DNA from: Patescibacteria group bacterium
GTDB lineage: Bacteria; Patescibacteriota; Minisyncoccia; Phycocordibacterales; Phycocordibacteraceae
Assembly (NCBI GenBank): GCA_019752595.1
Contig: JAIELV010000001.1
Location: 184,486 to 248,485, forward strand
DNA: 64,000 nucleotides
Direction of reading: 5' to 3'
Shown: one piece after another, positions 36,177-46,028 of the stretch
Position numbering within the stretch: the stretch's first letter is position 1
Layout of the letters: each line of letters begins with the position of its first letter
The notes under the pieces: model-generated
The model's database searches: none
What the model was told of the DNA's origin: nothing
Seen by the model: the letters and a program-made list of their open reading frames with translations, nothing else
Made by a program: the position numbers and the translations under genes

Positions 36177-37121
36177 TTATGATTTCAGAGTCACGCCGTA
36201 CTTTGCCAATCCCTGGCGAAGTTCTTCAACTGCTTTTTCACCAATGCCCTCGATTGAGAGAAGGTCTTCCGCACTCTTTCGTACCAAACCGCCTACAGTT
36301 CGGATACCTGCCGTTGTAAGCGCGTTTGCGGTGCGTGTTGAGAGTTCAAGAGATTCAACGCGGGTCTTCATGACGTCCTCGCGTGTCTCTGCGCCCATTT
36401 CTTCCTCTTCTTCAGCTGATACAGGTTCGTCTTCTTTGAAGCCTACAACTGCTTTCAACTGCTGAATCATGACACCGATTGAATGTTCCAATGCTTCACG
36501 TGGGGTCAATGTGCCGTCTGTTTCAATCATAATGCGCAAACGATTGAAGTCAGTTCTGTCGCCAACGCGCATGTTCTCCACTTCGTAGTTCACGCGGCGG
36601 ATAGGTGTAAAGACTGCATCAAGCGCGATAGTGCCGATATCAACGCGCTCCTTCTGAACGATTTCTTTCGGGACGTAGCCCAAGCCAGTATCGACAGTAA
36701 TTTCCATTTCCAACTTTGCGCTCTTGTCAGTAATTTCTGCAATGTGCGCTTCGGGGTTCAAAATTTCAACCTGACCAGGAGTCTGGATATTTTTTGCAGT
36801 AACGGTTTCAACGCCTTTCACTGAAAGCGTGAGCGAGTGTGACTGATTATCAAGAATCTTCAAACGAACTTTCTTCAAGTTAAGGATGATGGAGATAACG
36901 TCTTCCTTAACACCTGAAAGCGTACCGAACTCATGAGAAACGCCGTCAATTTTGACCGAAACAATAGCAGAGCCTGGAATTGAAGAGAGGATGATACGGC
37001 GAAGAGAGTTACCGAGCGTATGGCCGTACCCAGGGTACAAACCGTCAATTTCATAGACACCTGTCTTACCTTCTTCGGAAACGATGCGAGGCTTTGAGGG
37101 AAGTGAGATTGAATAGTCCAT
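36177..37121 (-). CDS. rpoA: DNA-directed RNA polymerase subunit alpha
   Basis: GNSLRRIILSSIPG N-terminal domain and C-terminal CTD. Confidence 0.9.
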   Translation of the reverse strand: MDYSISLPSKPRIVSEEGKTGVYEIDGLYPGYGHTLGNSLRRIILSSIPGSAIVSVKIDGVSHEFGTLSGVKEDVISIILNLKKVRLKILDNQSHSLTLSVKGVETVTAKNIQTPGQVEILNPEAHIAEITDKSAKLEMEITVDTGLGYVPKEIVQKERVDIGTIALDAVFTPIRRVNYEVENMRVGDRTDFNRLRIMIETDGTLTPREALEHSIGVMIQQLKAVVGFKEDEPVSAEEEEEMGAETREDVMKTRVESLELSTRTANALTTAGIRTVGGLVRKSAEDLLSIEGIGEKAVEELRQGLAKYGVTLKS

Positions 37122-37154
37122 AATAAAAAATTAGCTCTATTAAAGATGTGAAGC

Positions 37155-37757
37155 TTATCGGGTGTAATACTCGAACACTGCGCCCATGTCAGCTGCGGCG
37201 TCCTGCTCTGCAAGTACTGGATCTTTAGTCATTGTGCCTTCAAGCGTACCTGTATCGAATGAAACCCATGACGGCATTTTAAATTCCTTCATTTTATCTA
37301 CGACATTTGCAAACAACGCGCTTCCTCGACTTCCTTCGCGAATAGCTACTGTGTCTGAAGAAGACACGCGGTATGAAGGAATGGTGACGCGACGACCATT
37401 AACCGTGAAGTGACCGTGAGAGACCAACTGTCGCGCATGACGACGTGTAAGCGCAAGACCCATACGATACACAACAGAATCGAGACGGGTTTCGAGCTCA
37501 TTGAACAAAGTCGTCTGCGGATTTGAAGATTCAAGCGCGCGCTTCACGTACATAGAAAACTGCTTCTCAGTCAAACCGTACGTCAGACGCATCTTCTGCT
37601 TTTCAATCAACTGACGCTGGAAGTCTGAACCTCCACGACGACCTTTTTTGTTTTTCTCAGAACGTTCTTTTGAAAGAACGAAACGCTGTGTTTGCGTTTT
37701 TTCGAAGATAGGGCTACCCAATCTTTTTGCAATTTTATATCGTGGTCCTAGTTTCAT
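37155..37757 (-). CDS. rpsD: 30S ribosomal protein S4
   Basis: MKLGPRYKIAKRLG...S4 domain. Confidence 0.9.
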   Translation of the reverse strand: MKLGPRYKIAKRLGSPIFEKTQTQRFVLSKERSEKNKKGRRGGSDFQRQLIEKQKMRLTYGLTEKQFSMYVKRALESSNPQTTLFNELETRLDSVVYRMGLALTRRHARQLVSHGHFTVNGRRVTIPSYRVSSSDTVAIREGSRGSALFANVVDKMKEFKMPSWVSFDTGTLEGTMTKDPVLAEQDAAADMGAVFEYYTR

Positions 37758-37769
37758 ATATCAAAAATA

Positions 37770-38204
37770 TTAGACGCGACGAGGCTTACATGGGCGAGGG
37801 CCGTTATGAGGCACTGGAGTGACATCGTGAATTGAGAGCACCTGAATCCCCTTACCTGCAAACGCACGAAGTGCTGACTCGCGACCTGAACCTACACCTT
37901 TAATGTAGACATCCACTTCTTTAACACCAATAGTTGCTGACTTTTCGCCAATAACCTCTCCCACCTTTGCAGCTGCAAACGGAGTTGATTTTCTGTTACC
38001 CGTAAAGCCCATTGAGCCTGACGAAGCCCACATTACCGTGCCACCGTTAACGTCCGCGAGAGAAACACGAGTGTTGTTGTAGCTCGATTCAATATGCAAA
38101 ACTGCGCGATCCAATTTGCGCTTTGCAATTTTAGAAAGAGCGCGATCCCGCTTACCAGAATCAACACCGCTTCCCTGCTTTTTAAGAATTCGTCTTTTTC
38201 CCAT
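37770..38204 (-). CDS. rpsK: 30S ribosomal protein S11
   Basis: C-terminal ...GVGSGRESALRAF...HDVTPVPHNGPRPCKPRRV. Confidence 0.9.
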   Translation of the reverse strand: MGKRRILKKQGSGVDSGKRDRALSKIAKRKLDRAVLHIESSYNNTRVSLADVNGGTVMWASSGSMGFTGNRKSTPFAAAKVGEVIGEKSATIGVKEVDVYIKGVGSGRESALRAFAGKGIQVLSIHDVTPVPHNGPRPCKPRRV

Positions 38205-38210
38205 AGTATT

Positions 38211-38591
38211 TTATGTTTTCTCAAGCTTACGACGACCTGAACCCATGGTCTTCCTGACGTTACCTCGGACGGTTCGCGAATTAGTTTTCGTGCGCTGTCC
38301 GCGGGTTGGAAGGCCTCTCGTGTGGCGGATGCCTCTGTGCGCCTTAATGTCTTTTAAGCGTTTTACGTTTCCTGAAACTTCTCTGCGCAAATCGCCCTCG
38401 ATGGTGTAAGCCTCAACTGCTTGTCTGATTGCTTGTTCTTTTTCTGCAGACAAATCCTTTGCAAGTGCGTTCCCCGCTACTCCTGTTTTCTTCAAAATGT
38501 CAGCTGCGCGGTTAGGGCCAATACCATAAACTGCCGTCAATGCGTGCGATAAATGCTTCGTATCTGGAATGGTAATGCCTGCTATACGCAT
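38211..38591 (-). CDS. rpsM: 30S ribosomal protein S13
   Basis: MRIAGITIPDTKHLSHALTAVYGIG. Confidence 0.9.
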   Translation of the reverse strand: MRIAGITIPDTKHLSHALTAVYGIGPNRAADILKKTGVAGNALAKDLSAEKEQAIRQAVEAYTIEGDLRREVSGNVKRLKDIKAHRGIRHTRGLPTRGQRTKTNSRTVRGNVRKTMGSGRRKLEKT

Positions 38592-38595
38592 GTGA

Positions 38596-38716
38596 TTTAG
38601 TAGCCCTGACGCGCTTTACGGCGTGGATTTCTCTTATTGATTCTGTACAAACGACCACGACGACGAACCAAAATGTCGCCAGCCTGTTGGACCTTGAGTG
38701 ATGCGAGTACTTTCAT
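38596..38716 (-). pseudogene. rpmJ: 50S ribosomal protein L36 (rpmJ), apparently disrupted by a 1-nt frameshift
   Basis: Frame 1 gives MKVLASLKVQQAGDILVRRRGRLYRNQ*. An alternate frame gives ...VVCTEINKRNPRRKARQGY*. Together these resemble L36 (MKVRAS...RRGRV.VIC.NPKHKQRQG). The shift lies in an ACGACGACG run near 38650-38665. Confidence 0.35.
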
Positions 38717-38723
38717 AAATGAA

Positions 38724-38942
38724 TTAGAGTCTGCGCACTATTCGTGCACGGCCCCCGTACGGATCGAGGATCATGGCAACCTTATCGCCGACGAGAACAC
38801 GAATTCTGTGAAGTCGCATTTTACCTGCAAGGTATGCAAGTATTTCTTCGCCGCCTTCTAAGGTGACGCGAAAGAGAGCATTCGGCAGAGACTCGGCCAC
38901 TTGGCCGATAACCTCCTCCGTCGTGTCTTTCGGGCGTACCAT
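38724..38942 (-). CDS. infA: translation initiation factor IF-1
   Basis: GQVAESLPNALFRVTLEGGEEILAYLAGKMRLHRIRVLVGDKV. Confidence 0.85.
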   Translation of the reverse strand: MVRPKDTTEEVIGQVAESLPNALFRVTLEGGEEILAYLAGKMRLHRIRVLVGDKVAMILDPYGGRARIVRRL

Positions 38943-38994
38943 TTGATCGTATCTGAAACCGACTAGGGCGAAAGCTATAGTAACAGAAACAGCC

Positions 38995-40290
38995 TTACTG
39001 CGTCAAGCCTTCGGCGGGGGCTATCTCTACTTTTACGTTCTTTGCGTCCATAGGAATTTGGACCCTCCAGAACGGGTAGACTTTGACAAGCAAATCTGCG
39101 ATACCAGGGTACTGTGCAAGGACCTCATTCACGGTGTTTTTGCTCTTCCCCAGGAGGTCGTTTGCAAGTTGTTCAGTGGGTATCATGGCTACGAGTGAAG
39201 CAGAACCCGAAACGGTAATTGAGAACGGCGAATCTGTACCCACGGAATCAGGAGTTGTGACTTTGACTGTAAGCGAAGCGGGGTTTTCGACCATAAGGGG
39301 CGTGTTTGCAGTCACCGCTCCTGCTGTTGCCAAGGCCTGTGCGAATGCAGCCTGAGGGAATGCAGGGGCAGAAGCAGTACCAGAAACACGCACAATTGCA
39401 TTGCTACCTTCTGCGGTGTCGGTTCCTTCTGCGTATACAACAGAGATAGTGTCAGCAAAAATCAAATAGTCAGCAGGAGCATTTTGCTGAAGCTTATCTC
39501 GGAGTGCGCGGTCAAGCTCTGCCTTGAGTTCTGAAACTGTCTGGGCGCGAAGCGAAGGTTCTACAACCGCCTGTTTGCCAACAAACCCACCACTCATAGG
39601 TGTTTTTGATTTCGCGTAAATAAGTTCCGCTTGTTTTGGATCTTTAAGCCCAGGCAATTTGAAATCTGAGAGACCTATGTTGTATGTCTCACCGGGTTCC
39701 GACGCATACACCGTGACGTCAAGACTTCCAGGAACCTTGATACCCGCCTTCATGGTGTAGCCAGGAACCACTATTGGAGTGTGCACGCGGTAAATTTTCC
39801 CTTCAGGAGTTTCGAAGCGGGTGTTCGTGATAAGGCGTTCAGACTTTGTGCTGAATGCGTTGTAGACGGTTATGGTGCCTGACGCTCTGTTTTCTACGTC
39901 CTTAGTTCCTGTTGCAGGTACCGATTTTGTTTTTGTATCTTCAGAGGTAACTTTTTTATGCGGGAGAAGCGGATTTTCTGAAGACGTTTCAAATGTTGAA
40001 TCGACGGTTGCCGTATAGCGATGTGGTGTGACGACCACGTCAGCCCGATGGAAAAATACACTAACCGCTGCGAGTGCGGCTGCGACGAGAATAAGAGCTC
40101 CAACAACAAAAATAACCAGATTCACAGGACCTTTCGGTCTATCGGGGCGCAAATCCAGTGGTTGTGGCGGAGTGGGGGGCGGTGGTGGCGGAGGAGTGGT
40201 GCCCACAGGGTTCATATTCGGACGAATAGGGCGACTCCGTGCAGGCGGAATTATGTCCTGAATTGAACGATGGGGTTCTTGTTGAGACAT
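38995..40290 (-). CDS. hypothetical membrane-anchored protein with Pro-rich N-terminus (PPPPPPPTPP) and single TM
   Basis: 431-aa ORF. Extracytoplasmic Thr/Ser-rich domain. Confidence 0.4.
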   Translation of the reverse strand: MSQQEPHRSIQDIIPPARSRPIRPNMNPVGTTPPPPPPPTPPQPLDLRPDRPKGPVNLVIFVVGALILVAAALAAVSVFFHRADVVVTPHRYTATVDSTFETSSENPLLPHKKVTSEDTKTKSVPATGTKDVENRASGTITVYNAFSTKSERLITNTRFETPEGKIYRVHTPIVVPGYTMKAGIKVPGSLDVTVYASEPGETYNIGLSDFKLPGLKDPKQAELIYAKSKTPMSGGFVGKQAVVEPSLRAQTVSELKAELDRALRDKLQQNAPADYLIFADTISVVYAEGTDTAEGSNAIVRVSGTASAPAFPQAAFAQALATAGAVTANTPLMVENPASLTVKVTTPDSVGTDSPFSITVSGSASLVAMIPTEQLANDLLGKSKNTVNEVLAQYPGIADLLVKVYPFWRVQIPMDAKNVKVEIAPAEGLTQ

Positions 40291-40315
40291 AGCTTGGATT
40301 TGAAGTATACCTCGC

Positions 40316-41428
40316 TTATGAACGTACCTCTATAAGTCGGTCCCTGTTTCTGTGGAAATACAACGATTCTACGCAAAGGAAAGAGTCGTAAAATGCTTCT
40401 TCTTCAATCATTACAAACGGTTGGAAAAAATCGGGCGGTATAGGGATAGCGCGAGTTGAAAATGCTCCATGGGTTGCAGAAATAAAACTCTCAAGCCATT
40501 TCAACTGTTCGGGGTCTCCAAAAAGGAACGTTGTCTGCGGAATTGCCACCTCGTTTGCAGCAGTTTCAAGGATCGCAGTGAAATTCTTTTTCCATTCTTC
40601 CGCAGCTGCCGAAAATTTACCTCCCACTGCGGCATTCTCGTCATTTGAAAGTTCATTTTTCGCATACAGAGTTAACCGTGAAGCCGCCTCCCCCACGCTT
40701 CCACCTTGCGCGACGGCACGAATGATGGAAAGTGTACCTATGGGGAATGTGCCGATAAAGCGAAAGCCGTCGTGATGGGCCACACCAACATCAGTTATTT
40801 CTCCGCCAACGTCGAGAAGTACGAAGTTTTCCTCGTCACGAAGTGCACGGAGTGCTGCAAACGCAACAAACGCGAATGAATGGAATGTGACTTTTGCGTT
40901 TGGGAACGTCTTTTTCACACTCGCAGTTATCTGATTTACAAACTGAGTGTCTGCCTCCGAAGAATAGTGATTCACACGAAGCGTAGTCCCGAGAAGTGCC
41001 TCTTTAATTGCCGTTGGATAGCCGTTAACGTAGGCCTGACTCACCACAGACTCCAGTAGTGTGCGGCCCTGGGGTGTTGCTTCGTTCTTTTGCGCAAAAT
41101 ACTGCTTAACCGTACGCACTACCGTTTCAGTAGTAACCCGCACAGGACGTTCTGATTTGGTAGTTATTGTCCTTATCTTCGCGTCATACCAAGGCGAAGC
41201 AAGGACAATACGCACGAACTGCGGAGACGCAGTTTTGTGGAAAGATTCCAAGGATTTCGTAACAGCCTGAACCGTGAGTTCAGTGATTGCCGTTTTTGCT
41301 TCTTCCGTTCCAGAAGAAATGGGAGTGCGTACGGTTTTACCGACAACAGGTTGCAGTTTTCCTTTTTCCAAAATACACACGCCGACAGACGCGCTTCCAA
41401 CATCAATAATGCACTCAGTAGAGGCCAT
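40316..41428 (-). CDS. actin-like ATPase (PilM/FtsA family)
   Basis: Phosphate-1 IIDVGSASVGV and phosphate-2 LDVGGEITDVGV ASKHA motifs. 370 aa. Confidence 0.5.
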   Translation of the reverse strand: MASTECIIDVGSASVGVCILEKGKLQPVVGKTVRTPISSGTEEAKTAITELTVQAVTKSLESFHKTASPQFVRIVLASPWYDAKIRTITTKSERPVRVTTETVVRTVKQYFAQKNEATPQGRTLLESVVSQAYVNGYPTAIKEALLGTTLRVNHYSSEADTQFVNQITASVKKTFPNAKVTFHSFAFVAFAALRALRDEENFVLLDVGGEITDVGVAHHDGFRFIGTFPIGTLSIIRAVAQGGSVGEAASRLTLYAKNELSNDENAAVGGKFSAAAEEWKKNFTAILETAANEVAIPQTTFLFGDPEQLKWLESFISATHGAFSTRAIPIPPDFFQPFVMIEEEAFYDSFLCVESLYFHRNRDRLIEVRS

Positions 41429-41445
41429 TAGTGCATTCTAACCTG

Positions 41446-43353
41446 TCATTGCACAACAGCTTTGATTCTACGCACACCCTGTGCGACCGCTTCTTCTTTC
41501 AGAATTTTAAATTTCTTTCCGCCTTCACCTATCAGACTCGTGTTTTCTACATGCGGACCGCCACAAAACTCCAACGAGAACGCTTCAGGAATTTTCGGAG
41601 TATCTTGCGTAGCGTCTTTCGGTCCAACTGAATACACCGAAACCATGTCAGGATATTTCACGCCGAATTCCATCTGTGCTCCCAACTTCTCCGCTTCTTC
41701 TCGTGGCATCACGGTTCGAGTGACAGGAAGATTTTGGGAAATGATGTCGTTCACGATGTCTTCTGCTCTCTTTTTCTCCTCGTCGGTCATTTTACGAGGT
41801 GCAGAAAAATCTATGCGCAAACGCTCCGAAGTAATGTTGCTTCCCCGTTGTTTTACTTCTTCGCCGAGAACCATCTGTAAGGCTTTGAGCAGAATGTGGT
41901 GGGTGGTGTGGTACTTCACCGTCTGTTCCTGATGATCGGCAAGCCCCCCTGCAAACTTTTGCGCAGCACCCGCACGAGACTCCTGACGGTGCTTTTCCAT
42001 CGCTTTGTCAAAATCTTCGCGGTTTATGGCAATTCCCTGTTCTTTTGCCAACTCTTCAGTCAATTCAAATGGGAAACCATATGTCGTAAAAAGAACGAAG
42101 GCATCGTCGGCAGATACGCTCCCTTTTGCTGTGATTTTTGAGAGTTCACGCATTCCTTCAGACAGTGTTTTTCTAAATCTTTTTTCTTCCTCAAGAAGTC
42201 CCATGAGAATAGTTGAATGGTTTGCTGAAAGTTCGGAATATTGGTCTTTATATGAAGCAATAATCGAATCAATAATCCTGCTAACCGTACCTTCCTGAAC
42301 CTGTAGCTTGTCCATGTGGCGTACTGCTCGCCGAATAAGACGGCGAAGGATGTATCCCTGGTCGGTATTACTTGGCAACACTCCATCGCCAAGCATGAAG
42401 ATTGCAGCACGCATGTGATCTGCAATCACACGGAATGATGCCTGATATTCAGAGTGATTGTAGTCTTTTCCTGAGCCTGCTGCGATTTCAACAATGATTC
42501 TCTGTAAGACATCAATCATGAAGACGTCGCTTCTGTTGTTTGCTGCCGCCGTGATGCGCTCCAGTCCTCCGCCGTAATCGACATTCTTCTTGGGAAGCGG
42601 GACGAAGCCGTCCGCTGTCCGCATGTACTCCATGAATACGGAATTACCGAGCTCAATGTAACGTCCGCAATCGCAGTTTGGATGGCAATGTTCCCCGTAC
42701 TTCGTGTTGTGCTGAATCTCAGGAAACATGTAAAACATTTCCGTGTCGCCCCCTCCTGGCTCTCCCACAGGCATTTTGTCTGGCGTACCCGAACGACTCC
42801 ACCAATTTTTCTTAGCGTCATAGAAAAAGATCCGCTCACCTGACTTCATGCCGCGCACATATCCGTCTGCTTCCGAGCCGATTTCAGCAATACCGTTTGT
42901 AATTCCTGCTTCCGCGAACATGCTCTGCCAAATTTCTGCTGATTCAGTGTCTTTAGGAATATTATTTGAAGGGTCACCGATAAAACAGGTGACGTAAATC
43001 CTCTCGGGATCAAGCTGTATTTCTTCTGTTAAAAATTGCCAGAACCAACTTATTTGTTCTTTCTTAAAGTAATCGCCCAACGACCAGTTACCAAGCATTT
43101 CAAAGAACGTGGTATGGCGGTTATCACCCACCTCTTCAATGTCACCCGCACGAAACGATTTTTGTGAATCTGCAATCCGTGTGCCCTGCGGATGCGGTTG
43201 CCCAAGAAGGTACGGAATCAGAGGCTGCATGCCTGAGGAGGTGAACAGTGTTGTGGGGTCGTTTTCAGGTACGAGGCGAGACGACGGAACAATGGCGTGT
43301 CCGTTTTTTCTGAAAAAATCTAGGTATTTTTGTCTGACTTCGGAAAGGGTCAT
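41446..43353 (-). CDS. alaS: alanine--tRNA ligase (635 aa; lacks C-terminal C-Ala domain)
   Basis: N-terminal FFRKNGHAIVPSSRLVP...FFEMLGNWSLGDYFK. Editing-domain HxxxH/CGGPHV present. Confidence 0.85.
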   Translation of the reverse strand: MTLSEVRQKYLDFFRKNGHAIVPSSRLVPENDPTTLFTSSGMQPLIPYLLGQPHPQGTRIADSQKSFRAGDIEEVGDNRHTTFFEMLGNWSLGDYFKKEQISWFWQFLTEEIQLDPERIYVTCFIGDPSNNIPKDTESAEIWQSMFAEAGITNGIAEIGSEADGYVRGMKSGERIFFYDAKKNWWSRSGTPDKMPVGEPGGGDTEMFYMFPEIQHNTKYGEHCHPNCDCGRYIELGNSVFMEYMRTADGFVPLPKKNVDYGGGLERITAAANNRSDVFMIDVLQRIIVEIAAGSGKDYNHSEYQASFRVIADHMRAAIFMLGDGVLPSNTDQGYILRRLIRRAVRHMDKLQVQEGTVSRIIDSIIASYKDQYSELSANHSTILMGLLEEEKRFRKTLSEGMRELSKITAKGSVSADDAFVLFTTYGFPFELTEELAKEQGIAINREDFDKAMEKHRQESRAGAAQKFAGGLADHQEQTVKYHTTHHILLKALQMVLGEEVKQRGSNITSERLRIDFSAPRKMTDEEKKRAEDIVNDIISQNLPVTRTVMPREEAEKLGAQMEFGVKYPDMVSVYSVGPKDATQDTPKIPEAFSLEFCGGPHVENTSLIGEGGKKFKILKEEAVAQGVRRIKAVVQ

Positions 43354-43437
43354 CGGTTCAGTCTACAAGCGACGTAGAGCGAGAGCAATAGGAAATAGTA
43401 TTTCTTTTGCCGAACCGAGGATACTTGAAAGCTTTGC

Positions 43438-44721
43438 TTAAAGGAGATTACCGTTTGTATCGATCGCACCCGCAGCGGAAATGGCATCAATCTTGAGATA
43501 TTTGCGCGCTGCAGATTCAACAGTTTTTGCATCCAGTGCCTTTAATTTTGTGACAAAGGCATCGGATTCCGAAGGATTCCCAGTCGTCAGCATGCCTGAA
43601 ATAATTTCTGAGACCGCAGAAAGCGGACTTGAGAATGACACCGCAAGCTTGCCTTCAAGTTCTTGTATCTTTTCTTCATACCTCTTCTGAGGTATGCCTG
43701 CGTTCAAGAATACTTGAATTTCTTTTTCTAGTGTTTCTGTGCCTTTTTTGAAAAGCGTATTTCCAAACATTGCCCACGCAAACCAATAGAAACCATTTCC
43801 CGATTCCCGTCCGCGTATGCGCGCCAGTGTTCCGTAGGTCAAGCCGTCGCGATCTCTCACTGTTTGCATCAGGTGATCAGAGAAACCTCCACCCAAGAGG
43901 TCGAGTGCTGCAAGAACGGCTGGGGTTTCTTTGTCTTCTGACTTCAAGGGAACGTAGGAGCCCATGAAGACATCGACTGATTCTTTTCCTGGAACAGAAG
44001 AGAATGTCTTCTGTACTGCATCTTTCTGTGGCTCCAACTCGACAGGACGCATGACTGACGCAGACGTGTGATTCCAAGCTTTGCCCGCCTCAAGAAGCAG
44101 GTGTTCCATATCTTCAGGACGTATATCGCCGACAACAGCAATTTTCATCGGACCGCAATACGCCTTTTTAAAGAATTCTTTAATGTCGTTGCTTGTAACG
44201 CTTAATGTCTGCGCGCGTTCATCAAGAGGCGCAAAGCGGTACCCAGCGGAATTTGGTGTAAACAATGCTCTCGTGAGGGCGTGGCGAGCCAAAAGACGCG
44301 TATCTTCGGAGTCTTGTAGGCGAGCTGCTGATTCCCGCTCCACAACTTGTATACGCGATGCATCGTTCAGCGCAGGTTCGGTGAGCGCTTCAAACAAAAG
44401 AGAAAGTGCTTCTGGTAGTGCGAGCGTTGTTGCGCGAAGTGTAAACATCACAAACCTTCCATCGGCCCAGAAATTAAGCGATGTTCCTTTTTGTTCAAGA
44501 GTGTTTCTAAAATCCTCGCGAGTTCTCTTCTTAGTACCTTCATCCAACAGTGACGCAAGGACTTCGGCAACAGGCCCTTTCTGGGCTGAGCCGTGCCATG
44601 GGCCTGCTTCTATCGCGCCCGAGAGCGTAACAACACCAGTGCCGTATCGTGGAAGTACTGCAACGTTAAATGCCTGCGTCTTGAATTCCGTAATGCCTCG
44701 TGTGAATTTTAAATCACTCAT
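43438..44721 (-). CDS. M16-family peptidase homolog without HxxEH (non-catalytic partner subunit)
   Basis: M16 fold-like. 4-nt overlap with the upstream active M16 gene. Confidence 0.6.
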   Translation of the reverse strand: MSDLKFTRGITEFKTQAFNVAVLPRYGTGVVTLSGAIEAGPWHGSAQKGPVAEVLASLLDEGTKKRTREDFRNTLEQKGTSLNFWADGRFVMFTLRATTLALPEALSLLFEALTEPALNDASRIQVVERESAARLQDSEDTRLLARHALTRALFTPNSAGYRFAPLDERAQTLSVTSNDIKEFFKKAYCGPMKIAVVGDIRPEDMEHLLLEAGKAWNHTSASVMRPVELEPQKDAVQKTFSSVPGKESVDVFMGSYVPLKSEDKETPAVLAALDLLGGGFSDHLMQTVRDRDGLTYGTLARIRGRESGNGFYWFAWAMFGNTLFKKGTETLEKEIQVFLNAGIPQKRYEEKIQELEGKLAVSFSSPLSAVSEIISGMLTTGNPSESDAFVTKLKALDAKTVESAARKYLKIDAISAAGAIDTNGNLL

Positions 44722-46004
44722 ACGGCTTTCAAATATCCAACAGTGACTAAATCTTTTCCTAGGTACTTCTTTGCCGCCTCTGCAACCTCTGTGAGAGTTA
44801 CCTGCTGAAGTTTATGTTGAAACGAATAGGTGTCCTTCCAGTCACCGCGTGCAATTGACTCATTCATTGCTGACAGCATTCCTGCAACGGAAGAAAGTGA
44901 GTAAAGTCTGTCAGCAATTTTAAAGTGAACAGCACGCTCAAGGTCAGCTTCCTTTAGCTCACCCTTTGCAACAGATTCAACGATTTCAAAAATAACCTGC
45001 TCAACTTTTTCATGCGGAACGTTTTCAGAAAGCGCGACATATATTTCAAATAACGAGGGGTCTTTAAACCGTGGGAAATCGGCATGAAGCTCAGTCGCGA
45101 GCCCAGTATCGATAAGTGCACGATACAAAAGGCTTGATTTACCTTTTGAAAGCACTGCGGAAAGCGCTGAAACGGCATAGGCATCATCTGCAAGCCCAGC
45201 GGGTGCTTTGAAACACATCATGAGCGCGTTCACGGCGCCCTGGCGCTTCAACTCAAACCTACGCTCGCCTTTTTGTTCTGGCTCAACATGAAATTCTGGT
45301 TCAATGATTTCTCCTTTCGCGAATGAACCGAAAGCTTCTTCTGCAAGAAGTAATGCCGATTCAGTGTCTGTGTCACCGACAATCGTCACCGTAGCGTTAT
45401 TTGGCCAATAGAATGCGTCATAAAACTTTTTTAACTTCTCTACCGTTATGCCTTCAATGTCTTCCTTTGTTCCAATTGTTGGTATGCGGTACGGGTGAAC
45501 AGAAAAAGCTTGATACCACGCCTGTTTACCCAAGCGTTGCATCGGATCGTTCTCGCCTGATTCGTATTCGTTTCTAACTACGGTCATTTCAGATGCCAAA
45601 TCCTCAGCGCGCAGAAGTGCATTTCTCATTCTGTCGGCCTCAATGTGCAAAGCATCTTCTTTTAGAGAGACAGGAGAAATCCAGTAGTAGTTTGTTCTAT
45701 CACACCAGGTGGTTGCGTTTCCTTGCGAACCCTTTTTCTCTAAGAGCGACCAAATACCATTCCCCTTTTTCGGGTCGTATTTTTTTGAACCCTTAAACAT
45801 CAGATGTTCAAGAATATGCGTCGCACCAGTGTGGCCTGGGAGTTCGTGACGGCTACCCACATGATACGTGACCATAGTCCCAATGACGGGGAGTTCTCTT
45901 TTTTCGGCAATCAATAGTTTGAGACCGTTCTTTCTGTGTATGTACGACGAGAAACCGTGCGCCTCCTCAACAAGTTCAAAATCATGTGTTTTCCCCTTCG
46001 GCAT
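44718..46004 (-). CDS. M16-family zinc metallopeptidase (pitrilysin-like)
   Basis: Inverted zinc motif HILEHLMFKGS (HxxEH). Confidence 0.8.
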   Translation of the reverse strand: MPKGKTHDFELVEEAHGFSSYIHRKNGLKLLIAEKRELPVIGTMVTYHVGSRHELPGHTGATHILEHLMFKGSKKYDPKKGNGIWSLLEKKGSQGNATTWCDRTNYYWISPVSLKEDALHIEADRMRNALLRAEDLASEMTVVRNEYESGENDPMQRLGKQAWYQAFSVHPYRIPTIGTKEDIEGITVEKLKKFYDAFYWPNNATVTIVGDTDTESALLLAEEAFGSFAKGEIIEPEFHVEPEQKGERRFELKRQGAVNALMMCFKAPAGLADDAYAVSALSAVLSKGKSSLLYRALIDTGLATELHADFPRFKDPSLFEIYVALSENVPHEKVEQVIFEIVESVAKGELKEADLERAVHFKIADRLYSLSSVAGMLSAMNESIARGDWKDTYSFQHKLQQVTLTEVAEAAKKYLGKDLVTVGYLKAV

Positions 46005-46028
46005 GAGTATCTACAATACACTATTCTC

